Of a stretch of DNA of 64,000 nt, positions 41,208 to 49,766 are shown piece by piece; the first letter of the stretch is position 1; each line of letters opens with the position of its first letter. The notes beneath the pieces were generated by a model that did no database searches, was not told the DNA's origin, and saw only the letters and a list, made by a program, of their open reading frames with translations. Location of the stretch: contig JBFXAE010000004.1 in assembly GCA_050184605.1 (NCBI GenBank), positions 217,723 through 281,722 on the forward strand, written 5' to 3'. A program made the translations under genes and the position numbers. The DNA comes from Hyphomonadaceae bacterium (GTDB taxonomy: Bacteria > Pseudomonadota > Alphaproteobacteria > Caulobacterales > Aquidulcibacteraceae).

Positions 41208-41572
41208 CAGATGAGGCCCGCCTCGGCGAACTTGGAATGGAGGATGTCGCCGTCGAACGGCTTCATCATGTATTCGTCCGCGCCAGCCTTCAGCGCTTCG
41301 GAAATGCGCTCGACGTCGTTCTCTGTCGTGCAGAATACGACCGTCGGTTTATCGCCGCCGGGCTCTTGGCGGAGCTGACGCAGGAAATCGATGCCGCTCA
41401 TCACCGGCATGGTCCAATCGAGCAGGATCGCGTCCGGCATGCGCCGGCGCACCGCCTGCAGTGCTTCCAGGCCATCGGCGGCTTCCTCGATCTCGAAGCG
41501 CATGTCTTCGAGAATGCGGCGTGCGACTTTGCGGATTACGCGGCTGTCGTCGACGACAAGGCAGCGTCTCAT
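41207..41572 (-). CDS. CheY-like single-domain response regulator
   Basis: Receiver motifs VVDDS, LLDWTMP (acceptor Asp), TT and KP. Confidence 0.85.
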   Translation of the reverse strand: MRRCLVVDDSRVIRKVARRILEDMRFEIEEAADGLEALQAVRRRMPDAILLDWTMPVMSGIDFLRQLRQEPGGDKPTVVFCTTENDVERISEALKAGADEYMMKPFDGDILHSKFAEAGLI

Positions 41573-41644
41573 GAGCGTGCTCCCGGATTTGCCGGGAACT
41601 GTTGGGATGCGCCGGTTAACGGAGCCTTTAGGCTTGTGGCGAGC

Positions 41645-42286
41645 TTAGAGTTTGAACGCCGCCGAACGCGCGATCAGCTCAATCTTGCCTTCCGGGTCGC
41701 CAGGGGTCTCGCGGGCAGAGAGTTCGACCCCGCCTTGGCGTGCAAGCAAGCCCGTAAGCGTCGGCTGGATGGTGTGGCCGGTGAGCTCTTCGCCCTGACC
41801 GCTCAGCGCTTGCAGCGTCGCGTCCTTCAGCTTCGCGCGCGGGCCGGTGGCGGTGACGATGACTTCGCCGCCTTCTCCTAGTTGCGAGGCCGTAACTTCC
41901 ACCTTGCCGCCGCGGGGGAGGCATTCGTTGGCGATGAGCAACAAGTTGACAATCACGCGCACGGCCGGGCGAGGCATTGCCACGTTCGGCGCCGACCAGA
42001 CCAGGTCGGCCTTCAGCACGCTGTAGAGCTTCTCGGCGACCGCCCTGCCTTCCTCGATCGTGCTATCGCCTTCGGCCATCGCTCCGGCCATGGCGAAGCG
42101 AAAAAATTCGAGCTTGGCCCAAGCTTTGCCGACGCCGTGATCAAGCAGATTGAGCGCATCCGGATCGGCCTTGCCGTCGCCGTCCTTGATCATCTCGAGG
42201 CCCTGGATGATCGCGCTCATCGGCTCGACCATGTCGTGGCAAATGCGGGAAGCGACAAGCGCGGTCAGCTTCGTGTTCTCGATCAT
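41645..42286 (-). CDS. chpT: Histidine phosphotransferase ChpT family
   Basis: Trimmed to MIENTKLTALVASRICHDMVEPMSAIIQGLEMI (phospho-His in ICHD). C-terminal degenerate HATPase-like fold. Confidence 0.75.
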   Translation of the reverse strand: MIENTKLTALVASRICHDMVEPMSAIIQGLEMIKDGDGKADPDALNLLDHGVGKAWAKLEFFRFAMAGAMAEGDSTIEEGRAVAEKLYSVLKADLVWSAPNVAMPRPAVRVIVNLLLIANECLPRGGKVEVTASQLGEGGEVIVTATGPRAKLKDATLQALSGQGEELTGHTIQPTLTGLLARQGGVELSARETPGDPEGKIELIARSAAFKL

Positions 42287-42401
42287 AACGCGCTCCGAAT
42301 CGGGGAAGGGGCCAACATAAACGATTCGAGCCGTGTGCAGGGGGTTCAAAGCCCAGTGAAAGGGCGCCACATGGGGGCTTCTCGTTGAAAAGGTTGCGCT
42401 G

Positions 42402-44249
42402 ATGGCGGCTGAGGCTGTGGCGGATGGTGGATTAGGCTTGGAGCACGCTGTGGCGCTGCTCGGCACGGCAGTGGTCGCCGCGCCATTGTTTCGGCGTTTG
42501 GGATTGGGCTCGGTGCTGGGCTACCTCGCGGCGGGTTTGGTCATCGGCCCGTTCGGCATCGGTATTTTCCGCGATCCGGAAAACATCCTGCATGTCGCCG
42601 AATTCGGCGTGGTGATGTTCTTGTTCATTATCGGACTCGAAATGCGCCCGGCGAAGCTTTGGGCGCTACGCAAGGAAATCTTCGGCCTCGGCGCCGCGCA
42701 GGTGATCACCTGCATCATTCTACTTTCGTTTGTCGGCATCGCCGCCGGGCTGCCGTGGGCCGCCGCCACGATCGGCGCGGCCGGCTTCGTCCTCTCATCC
42801 ACCGCCGTCATCATGAAGATGATGGACGATGCGGGCGAGACATCGAGTGAAGCGGGGCAACGCAATGTCTCTATTCTTCTCTTCGAAGACCTGATGATCG
42901 TGCCACTGCTCGCGGCTGTGGCAGTCATCGCGGGGCTCACGGTTGGCGTTCAGGAGAACGCGCCGCCGCTTTGGCAGAGCGTCGCGATAGGCGCGGGCGC
43001 GGTGGCGATCGTGTTTCTGGCCGGCCGCTATGTTCTCAATCCCTTTTTCGGTATCCTGGCGCGCTCGGGCGCGCGCGAGGTGATGACGGCCGCGGCGCTG
43101 CTGGTTGTTCTTGGCACAGCTTTGCTCATGGACATCAGCGGGCTTTCAATGGCCATGGGCGCCTTTCTCGCGGGCGTGCTGCTCTCCGACTCCGTTTTTC
43201 GGCATCAGCTTGAGGCCGATGTCGAACCCTTCCGCGGCATCCTGTTGGCGCTTTTCTTCATCAGCGTCGGCATGTCGCTGAATTTGGCGCTGGTGGCGTC
43301 TGAGTGGCAGCTGATCGCCGCCGGCGTCGCAGCCTTCATGCTGGTGAAGGGGATCGGCATCTATTTCGTCGCGCGAGCGTTCAAGGCGGATCATCGCGAA
43401 TCCATTCGCCGGGCGGCGTTGTTTGCGCAGGGCGGCGAGTTCGCGTTCGTGCTCTATGCTGCGGCGCTCTCCAGCGGCGTGATGGACGAGCGCATCTCCG
43501 CGATCATGACCGCGATCGTGATCATCTCGATGGCGCTGACGCCGCTGGTTGTGATCGCGCTCAATCGTCTTATGCCGGCGCCGAAGGTGTCGCTTGATGG
43601 GGTTGAGCAGGCGCATGATTTGAGCGGGCAGGTGCTGTTCATCGGCTTCGGCCGTTTCGCGCAGGTCGTCAGCCAGTCGTTGCTGGCGCGCGGCGTCAAC
43701 ATCTCGCTCATCGAGACCGACGTTGAGATGATTCAGGCCGCAGCCAATTTCGGTTTCAAGGTCTATTACGGCGACGGCACACGCCTCGACGTATTGCACG
43801 CTTCGGGCGCGCACACGGCGGAAGCAATCCTCGTTTGCGTCGACAAGCCGGACGTGACCGATCGCATTGTCGCTTTGGTGAAGGCCGAATTTCCGCACGC
43901 CAAAGTCTTCGCGCGCGCCTTCGATCGCGGCCATTCGATGCGGCTGGTGAAGGCGGGCGTCGACTATCAGCTGCGCGAATTGTTCGAATCTTCGCTCACC
44001 TTCAGCGGCGCCGTACTGCGCGAACTGGGCTTCTCCGACTTCGAAATCGCCGAGACGATCGAGGATGTGCGCGAACGTGATGCCGAGCGGTTTGAAATGC
44101 AGCTCGCCGGCGGCATCGAGGCGGGCCGCGGCCTCTTCCGCAACAACACAACGACGCCGCAGCCGACGCCGTTCACGGTGCCGCGCGAAGAAGGCCGGGC
44201 GCTGAACAAGGAAGCGGAAGACATTATCGGCGAAGCCGGGGAGGCGTGA
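42402..44249 (+). CDS. CPA2-family K+/H+ antiporter with RCK/TrkA-N domain (KefB/KefC-like)
   Basis: Na+/H+-exchanger TM domain plus VLFIGFGRFAQ, the Rossmann (GxGxxG) motif of the RCK domain. Confidence 0.85.
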   Translation: MAAEAVADGGLGLEHAVALLGTAVVAAPLFRRLGLGSVLGYLAAGLVIGPFGIGIFRDPENILHVAEFGVVMFLFIIGLEMRPAKLWALRKEIFGLGAAQVITCIILLSFVGIAAGLPWAAATIGAAGFVLSSTAVIMKMMDDAGETSSEAGQRNVSILLFEDLMIVPLLAAVAVIAGLTVGVQENAPPLWQSVAIGAGAVAIVFLAGRYVLNPFFGILARSGAREVMTAAALLVVLGTALLMDISGLSMAMGAFLAGVLLSDSVFRHQLEADVEPFRGILLALFFISVGMSLNLALVASEWQLIAAGVAAFMLVKGIGIYFVARAFKADHRESIRRAALFAQGGEFAFVLYAAALSSGVMDERISAIMTAIVIISMALTPLVVIALNRLMPAPKVSLDGVEQAHDLSGQVLFIGFGRFAQVVSQSLLARGVNISLIETDVEMIQAAANFGFKVYYGDGTRLDVLHASGAHTAEAILVCVDKPDVTDRIVALVKAEFPHAKVFARAFDRGHSMRLVKAGVDYQLRELFESSLTFSGAVLRELGFSDFEIAETIEDVRERDAERFEMQLAGGIEAGRGLFRNNTTTPQPTPFTVPREEGRALNKEAEDIIGEAGEA

Positions 44250-44310
44250 CGCGGCGGCGCCCGTTCGCGCCGCTGGTTTTGCTGCTAAGGTCGGCGTCGA
44301 GGAGACGCCG

Positions 44311-45285
44311 ATGAAGCCCGAATTCCGCATGATTGAGACGAATGGGATCAAGGTTCGCGCCGCGATCCAGGGCGAGGGGCCGCTGGTCGTCATGGTCCAC
44401 GGCTTTCCTGAGAGCTGGTATTCGTGGCGTCATCAAATGGCGCCGCTGGCGGCGGCGGGTTTCACCGCATGCGCCATCGATGTGCGCGGCTACGGCGGCT
44501 CGGACAAGCCGCACGCGGTTGAAGCCTATGCGATGAAGGAAATCGCCGCTGACGTCGCGGGCGTCATCGAAGCGCTTTCGCCCGGCAAGCCTGCGGTTAT
44601 CATCGGTCACGATTGGGGCGCGCCGATTGTTTGGCACACGGCGGTGCTGCATCCCAAGCAAGTTCGTGCTGTCGCGGGCTTGAGCGTGCCGTGGTTCGGC
44701 TTGCCGCCGATGTCGCTCGATGACCTGATCAAGATGATGTACGTCGATCAGGGCAAGTTTTTCTATCAAGCCTACTTCAAGGACGAAGGCGTCGCGGAAG
44801 CCGCGTTCGAAGCGGATGTGCGCGGCGGCCTGCGCAAGCTCTACTACGCCGGCAGCGGCGACTCCGTCGGCTATTGGGGCGCGCCAGACAAGAAGCATGG
44901 CGACGCGCTACTCGACGGTTTGCCCGATCCGCAGCCGTTTCCGGCTTGGATGAGCGAAGAAGACATCGACTATTTCGTGCAAGAATTTACGGCGTCTGGG
45001 TTCCGTGGGCCGCTTAACCGGTATCGCAATCATACGCGCGATTTCGAATACATGAGCACGATCCCGGATCGCGTGATCCACCAGCCTTCGCTGTTCATCG
45101 TCGGTGAGCAGGACCTGGTGCTGAAGATGTTCGGCGGCAGCGCCGAGGCGGCGTTTGAGCGGATGGCGGCGAACACGTCCGATCATCGCGGCTCGCACAT
45201 GATCCCGCGCATCGGCCACTGGACCCAGCAAGAAGCGCCCAAGGAAACCACCGGGCTGATCATCGATTGGCTGGCGACGCTCTGA
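44311..45285 (+). CDS. Alpha/beta hydrolase, epoxide-hydrolase-like
   Basis: HGFPESWYSWRHQ oxyanion motif and GHDWGA nucleophile elbow. Confidence 0.85.
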   Translation: MKPEFRMIETNGIKVRAAIQGEGPLVVMVHGFPESWYSWRHQMAPLAAAGFTACAIDVRGYGGSDKPHAVEAYAMKEIAADVAGVIEALSPGKPAVIIGHDWGAPIVWHTAVLHPKQVRAVAGLSVPWFGLPPMSLDDLIKMMYVDQGKFFYQAYFKDEGVAEAAFEADVRGGLRKLYYAGSGDSVGYWGAPDKKHGDALLDGLPDPQPFPAWMSEEDIDYFVQEFTASGFRGPLNRYRNHTRDFEYMSTIPDRVIHQPSLFIVGEQDLVLKMFGGSAEAAFERMAANTSDHRGSHMIPRIGHWTQQEAPKETTGLIIDWLATL

Positions 45286-45385
45286 CGATAGAAAAGGCCG
45301 ATTGAAAATGGGCCTCATATCTATGGGTGATTGCGTTGCCGGGCGCGGCGGGCGAGCCCATATCTGAGACGTCAGGAGAGATGCC

Positions 45386-45859
45386 ATGCCGACCACCCGT
45401 AACGATCTGCCGGACAACACGCGCAAAGCCATGATCGCGCTTTTGAACGCGCGCTTGGCGGATGCGGTGGACCTGCGGCTGTCGATCAAGGAAGCGCACT
45501 GGAACGTGAAAGGCCCGACGTTCATCGCGCTGCATGAGCTGTTCGATCAGATCCAGGCGCGTGTCGATGCGTTTACCGACGACATCGCCGAGCGGGCGGT
45601 TGCGCTCGCTGGCTTTGCCGAGGGCACGCTGCAATCGGCGGCGAAGAACACGAACCTTCCGCCGTTCCCGACGAACCTTTCGGCCGAGAAAGACGTGACG
45701 AAAGCAGTGGCGGATCGCTTGGCGGCGTTCGGTAAGCTGGCGCGCGCGGCCATCGATGTGGCGGATGAGGCGGGTGACAAGAACACCGCTGACCTCTTCA
45801 CGGGCATCTCACGCCAAATCGACAAGGACCTCTGGTTCGTCGAAGCGCATTTGCAGTAG
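45386..45859 (+). CDS. dps: DNA starvation/stationary-phase protection protein Dps
   Basis: HWNVKGPTFIALHELFD ferroxidase-site motif. Confidence 0.92.
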   Translation: MPTTRNDLPDNTRKAMIALLNARLADAVDLRLSIKEAHWNVKGPTFIALHELFDQIQARVDAFTDDIAERAVALAGFAEGTLQSAAKNTNLPPFPTNLSAEKDVTKAVADRLAAFGKLARAAIDVADEAGDKNTADLFTGISRQIDKDLWFVEAHLQ

Positions 45860-45866
45860 CCGCATC

Positions 45867-45925
45867 GAGCCCTGAGCTTGTCGAAGGGCGGGACGTTTCA
45901 CCGGCCTTCGACAGGCTCAGGCCTC
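45867..45925. repeat. REP-like palindromic element, copy 1
   Basis: gagccctgagcttgtcgaagggcgg..ccttcgacaggctcagg, with 17-bp arms and 1 mismatch. Confidence 0.8.
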
Positions 45926-47334
45926 TACTCAGCTAGTCTCGCCGCAATCTCCGTGATGACATCATAAGCGCTCATGACGTCGGCTTCGGTGCATTCGAAC
46001 TGGCCGACTTGGAAGCGGATGGCGACGGCGCCGTCGACGCGCGTCTGCGTGAGATAGATGCGGCCATCGGCGTTTATCGCCTCGACAAGCTCCAGGTTGA
46101 GATCGTCGACATTCGCGCCACTCTTGCCGCGATAGCGGAACGAAAAGAGCGAGTAGTTCGGTTCGGTGACAATCTCGAAGCCCGGCGTCGCGCGTAGCTT
46201 CTCACATAACGCGCGCGACCAGGCGATGTGGTTGCGGATCATGCCGCGCAGCTTTTCGAGGCCATAGGCGCGCAATAAGAACCAGAGTTTCAGCGCCCGG
46301 AATTGGCGCCCGAGCGGGATGCCCCATTCGCTGTAGTTCACGACCTCGTCTTGGCCGAGAGTGTGCAGGTAATCCGGCCGCGCGGCGAGCGTGCGCGTGA
46401 GTGAGGAAGGGTCGCGCACGAAATGCGCGGTGCAGTGCTGTTGGGCGCCGAGCCATTTGTGCGGGTTGATGACGATGCTGTCGGCGCCCTCGATGCCGGC
46501 CCATAGGTGGCGCAGCTCCGGGCAGATCATTGCCGTGCCTGCCCAAGCGGCGTCGACATGCAGATAAAGATTGAACTCCCTCGCAATCGCGGCGAGCGCG
46601 CCTATGGGATCGGTGGCGCCGACGCCGGTGGCGCCGACATTGCCGATGATCCCAGCCGGCTTCATGCCGGCGGCGATGTCCGCTTGGATCAGCTCGCGCA
46701 GCGCTTCGGGATCTGCGCCGCGCAGAGGGCCCTCGATCGGGATGCGCACGAGATTGTCGGCGCCAATGCCGGAAAACCAGATAGCGCGATCGATTGAGGA
46801 GTGCGCCTCCGGCGAGCAATAAACGCGCAGGCGCTGCGCGCCGAACAGGCCGGCGGTGTTGCCGGTGAAGCCCAGCGCGCGCTCGCGCATCACCAGAACG
46901 GCGGCGAGCGTTGCGGTTGAGGCGGTGTCCTGGATGCAGCCTTTGAAGCCTTCCGGCAAGCCGAACGCCTGGCGCAGCCAATCGATCATCTTGGTTTCGA
47001 GTTCTGTCGCGGCCGGCGAGGTCTGCCAAAGCATGCAGACAGCGGCCATCGCTTTCACGAGATACTCGGCGACGACGGAGGGCGGCGCGGCGTTGGCGGC
47101 GAAATAGGCGAAGAAGCGCGGGTGCTGCCAGTTGGTCATGCCCGGCGCGATGATGCGCTCGAAATCGGCGAACACGTCCTTGAACGCTTCCGCTTGCTCG
47201 GGCGGCGCCGCCGCGATCTGCGCCGCGATCTCGCCTGGCTGCACGTCTGGACGAACCGGTAGCTCGCGTATGCGGGCGCGATAATCTACGCCCCATTCGG
47301 CGGCGCGCACCGCCCATTTGCGAAAGTCTTCCAT
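45925..47334 (-). CDS. Pyridoxal-dependent (group II, aromatic-L-amino-acid-type) decarboxylase
   Basis: INPHKW PLP-lysine motif and overall family similarity. Confidence 0.88.
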   Translation of the reverse strand: MEDFRKWAVRAAEWGVDYRARIRELPVRPDVQPGEIAAQIAAAPPEQAEAFKDVFADFERIIAPGMTNWQHPRFFAYFAANAAPPSVVAEYLVKAMAAVCMLWQTSPAATELETKMIDWLRQAFGLPEGFKGCIQDTASTATLAAVLVMRERALGFTGNTAGLFGAQRLRVYCSPEAHSSIDRAIWFSGIGADNLVRIPIEGPLRGADPEALRELIQADIAAGMKPAGIIGNVGATGVGATDPIGALAAIAREFNLYLHVDAAWAGTAMICPELRHLWAGIEGADSIVINPHKWLGAQQHCTAHFVRDPSSLTRTLAARPDYLHTLGQDEVVNYSEWGIPLGRQFRALKLWFLLRAYGLEKLRGMIRNHIAWSRALCEKLRATPGFEIVTEPNYSLFSFRYRGKSGANVDDLNLELVEAINADGRIYLTQTRVDGAVAIRFQVGQFECTEADVMSAYDVITEIAARLAE

Positions 47335-47351
47335 GCGCGCGTTATGAACGA

Positions 47352-47417
47352 GAGCCCTGAGCTTGTCGAAGGGCGGTGAAGTGATCGATCCGCAGCTCTT
47401 CGACAGGCTCAGGGCTC
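47352..47417. repeat. REP-like palindromic element, copy 2 (same orientation as copy 1)
   Basis: gagccctgagcttgtcgaagggcgg..cttcgacaggctcagggctc. Confidence 0.8.
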
Positions 47418-47430
47418 GTGTTGTGTGTGC

Positions 47431-47676
47431 TCAGTTCTTATCGATGATATCCACTTCGGGGCGATCATCGCCCGGCGAAATTTCATCGTGCCAGCGGCCA
47501 CGCTCATCTTCCCACGAGATGCCGGCGGTCTGACCAGGTCGCATCTGTTCGATGGCGACGCGCTTGGCGGCCGCGTACGCAGCGTCATGCGTGGGATAGG
47601 TGTTCGAAAGCGTCCCATCGAGCTTGAACGCCCAGCCGCCATCGTGACGGACGATTTCATAAACGATCTTGGTCAT
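47431..47676 (-). CDS. DUF2188-domain protein
   Basis: YEIVRHDGGWAFKLDGTLSNTYPTHDAAYAAAKRVA matches the DUF2188 pattern. Confidence 0.6.
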   Translation of the reverse strand: MTKIVYEIVRHDGGWAFKLDGTLSNTYPTHDAAYAAAKRVAIEQMRPGQTAGISWEDERGRWHDEISPGDDRPEVDIIDKN

Positions 47677-47743
47677 GGGCGAAGTCTCCTAGCTTCGTAT
47701 CAAGCTAAGACGCATGTCGCGAAACTCAAGCGCAGTTGTTATG

Positions 47744-47820
47744 GAGCGCGGGCGTCCTCGCCCGCATCTTTGGTCCGCGACGCGTTAGACAAGCTCATGC
47801 GGGCGAGGACGCCCGCGCTC
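47744..47820. repeat. GC-rich REP-like long hairpin (24-bp perfect arms)
   Basis: gagcgcgggcgtcctcgcccgcat, 29 nt, atgcgggcgaggacgcccgcgctc. Confidence 0.75.
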
Positions 47821-47825
47821 AATAA

Positions 47826-49571
47826 TCAGAACTGCGGGTTTTCGATCTGTGTTTTCAGTTCGCGCTTCATGATCTTGCCGTTGGCGTTGCGCGGCAGCGT
47901 CTCGGGCCAGAAGATCACTTCGACCGGCACTTTGAACGCGGCGATTTTCTGCGCGCAGTGATGGCGCAATTCTTCGCTCGTCGCAGACGTGCCAGGTTTC
48001 AAGTGCACGACCGCGAGCGGTTCCTCGCCGAGCGTGGGATGCGGCTTGCCGACGACGGCCGCGTCCATGACGGCGGGGTGATCGTAGAGCGCGTTCTCGA
48101 CCTCGACGCAGTAGATGTTCTCACCGCCGCGGATCAGCATGTCCTTGGCGCGATCGACGATATAGATGAAGCCTTCATCGTCGATTTTTGCGAGGTCGCC
48201 GGTTTTCACCCAGCCGTCGACGAAGGTTTCGGCGGTGGCCTTTTCGTTCTGCCAGTAGCCGCGCACGACGATCGGGCCCTTGTACCAAAGCTCGCCAACT
48301 TCGCCGCGCGGCAACTCATTGCCTTTGTCATCGACGATCTTGGCTTCGCCCGTGGCCGACGGCACGCCGGTCGAGGCGGGCTTGCGCATGTAGTCCTCCG
48401 CGCCGTTCGAGACGGCGGTGGCGGAGGTTTCCGTCATGCCCCAGCCTTGGCCAGGTTGGGCATTGGGAAAGCGCGCTTTGATGCGATTCACAAGCTCAGG
48501 CGCGGCCGGCGCGCCGCCATAGCTGACGCCTTCGATAGAGGAGAGGTCGTATTCGTCGATCTTCGGATGTTCGAGCACTTGCCAGGCGATCGTCGGCACG
48601 CCGCCGAAATGCGTGACCTTCTCTCTTTCCATCAGCGGCAGCGCTTGGTCGCAATCCCAGCGGCGCTGCATGACGATCTTATTTCCCGTCATCATCGAGG
48701 GGATCATGATCGCGAAGCAGCCGGTGGCGTGGAAAAACGGCACCGAGATCAGGAACGCCTTCTGCGGGCCGTTCGGATCGGGTGCAGGTGGGGCTTCGCC
48801 GCGGCGCAGGAAGGCGCGCGCTTGCGCCGACATGCCGTTGAACATGTTCGAGATGATGTTCCGGTGCGAGATGACCGCGCCCTTCGGGTTTCCGGTGGTG
48901 CCGGAGGTGTAGAAGATGGCGACATCGTCGTCGGGCTTCGCCGGGATTGCGGGCGGCGCACTCGCTGGGATCGATGACCAGTCATTGGTGACGCCGATGA
49001 AGCTCTCAAGCTTAGTCACGCGCGGATCGGCGATCTCTTCGCGCGAACGCGAGACATAAATTTTGCGCAGGTCGGGGCACTTATCGATGTGCTCGCGGAT
49101 GCGCTCGTAACGCTCGACGTCAACGATCGCGAGCGAGGCGCCCGAATTGGTGAGCCCGTACTCAAGCTCCGGGCCGGTCCACCATGCGTTCAGCGGCGTG
49201 ACGATTGCCCCAGCGAGAACCGCCGCCCAGAACGCCACCGGCCATTCCGGCAGGTTGCGCATGATAATGGCGACGCGGTCGCCAGGCTTCACGCCGTCAG
49301 CGATGAGTTGGTGCGCCAGCTTGTTGGCGGCGGCCTGGAAGGCGGCGACGGTAGCGCGCTCCTCCTCAAAGACGAGATGATCGCGCGGACCGAACATAGC
49401 GCCGAGCGCGTAAACTTCACGCAGTGTCGGTGGCGCGTTTTTCCATACTTTCATACGGATGCCGCGCACCTCTTCCTCGCCCACCTCGAGCGGAGAACCC
49501 GGCGCCGTAAGCATGGCGTGCGCCTGCTCGATGGACATCACTGGAAAGCCGGGCTTTGCGGCGTCGCTCAT
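47826..49571 (-). CDS. AMP-dependent acyl-CoA synthetase/ligase
   Basis: Trimmed to MSDAAKPGF (SD GGGAGG). The AMP-binding motif is YTSGTTGNPKG. Confidence 0.88.
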   Translation of the reverse strand: MSDAAKPGFPVMSIEQAHAMLTAPGSPLEVGEEEVRGIRMKVWKNAPPTLREVYALGAMFGPRDHLVFEEERATVAAFQAAANKLAHQLIADGVKPGDRVAIIMRNLPEWPVAFWAAVLAGAIVTPLNAWWTGPELEYGLTNSGASLAIVDVERYERIREHIDKCPDLRKIYVSRSREEIADPRVTKLESFIGVTNDWSSIPASAPPAIPAKPDDDVAIFYTSGTTGNPKGAVISHRNIISNMFNGMSAQARAFLRRGEAPPAPDPNGPQKAFLISVPFFHATGCFAIMIPSMMTGNKIVMQRRWDCDQALPLMEREKVTHFGGVPTIAWQVLEHPKIDEYDLSSIEGVSYGGAPAAPELVNRIKARFPNAQPGQGWGMTETSATAVSNGAEDYMRKPASTGVPSATGEAKIVDDKGNELPRGEVGELWYKGPIVVRGYWQNEKATAETFVDGWVKTGDLAKIDDEGFIYIVDRAKDMLIRGGENIYCVEVENALYDHPAVMDAAVVGKPHPTLGEEPLAVVHLKPGTSATSEELRHHCAQKIAAFKVPVEVIFWPETLPRNANGKIMKRELKTQIENPQF

Positions 49572-49766
49572 CAAATCCTCCCGCGCTTTGCGGGCAAAGG
49601 CGCCGCCAGCGTCATTTTTGATTGGGACTGTTGAAACATGCCCGCGCGTGCACCGCAACAGCAGCGCCGAACTAAACTTTGCCGGAATTTAATGGTGGCT
49701 TGTCGGTTGCGCGAGCCTCGGGCAAGCATGATGCCAACGCCCTAGGCGGGATGGGAGACGCGCGAC

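Noticed and set aside
43146-44393. 415-aa ORF antisense to the KefB-like gene.
   Set aside because: Shadow frame opposite a motif-supported CPA2/RCK gene.
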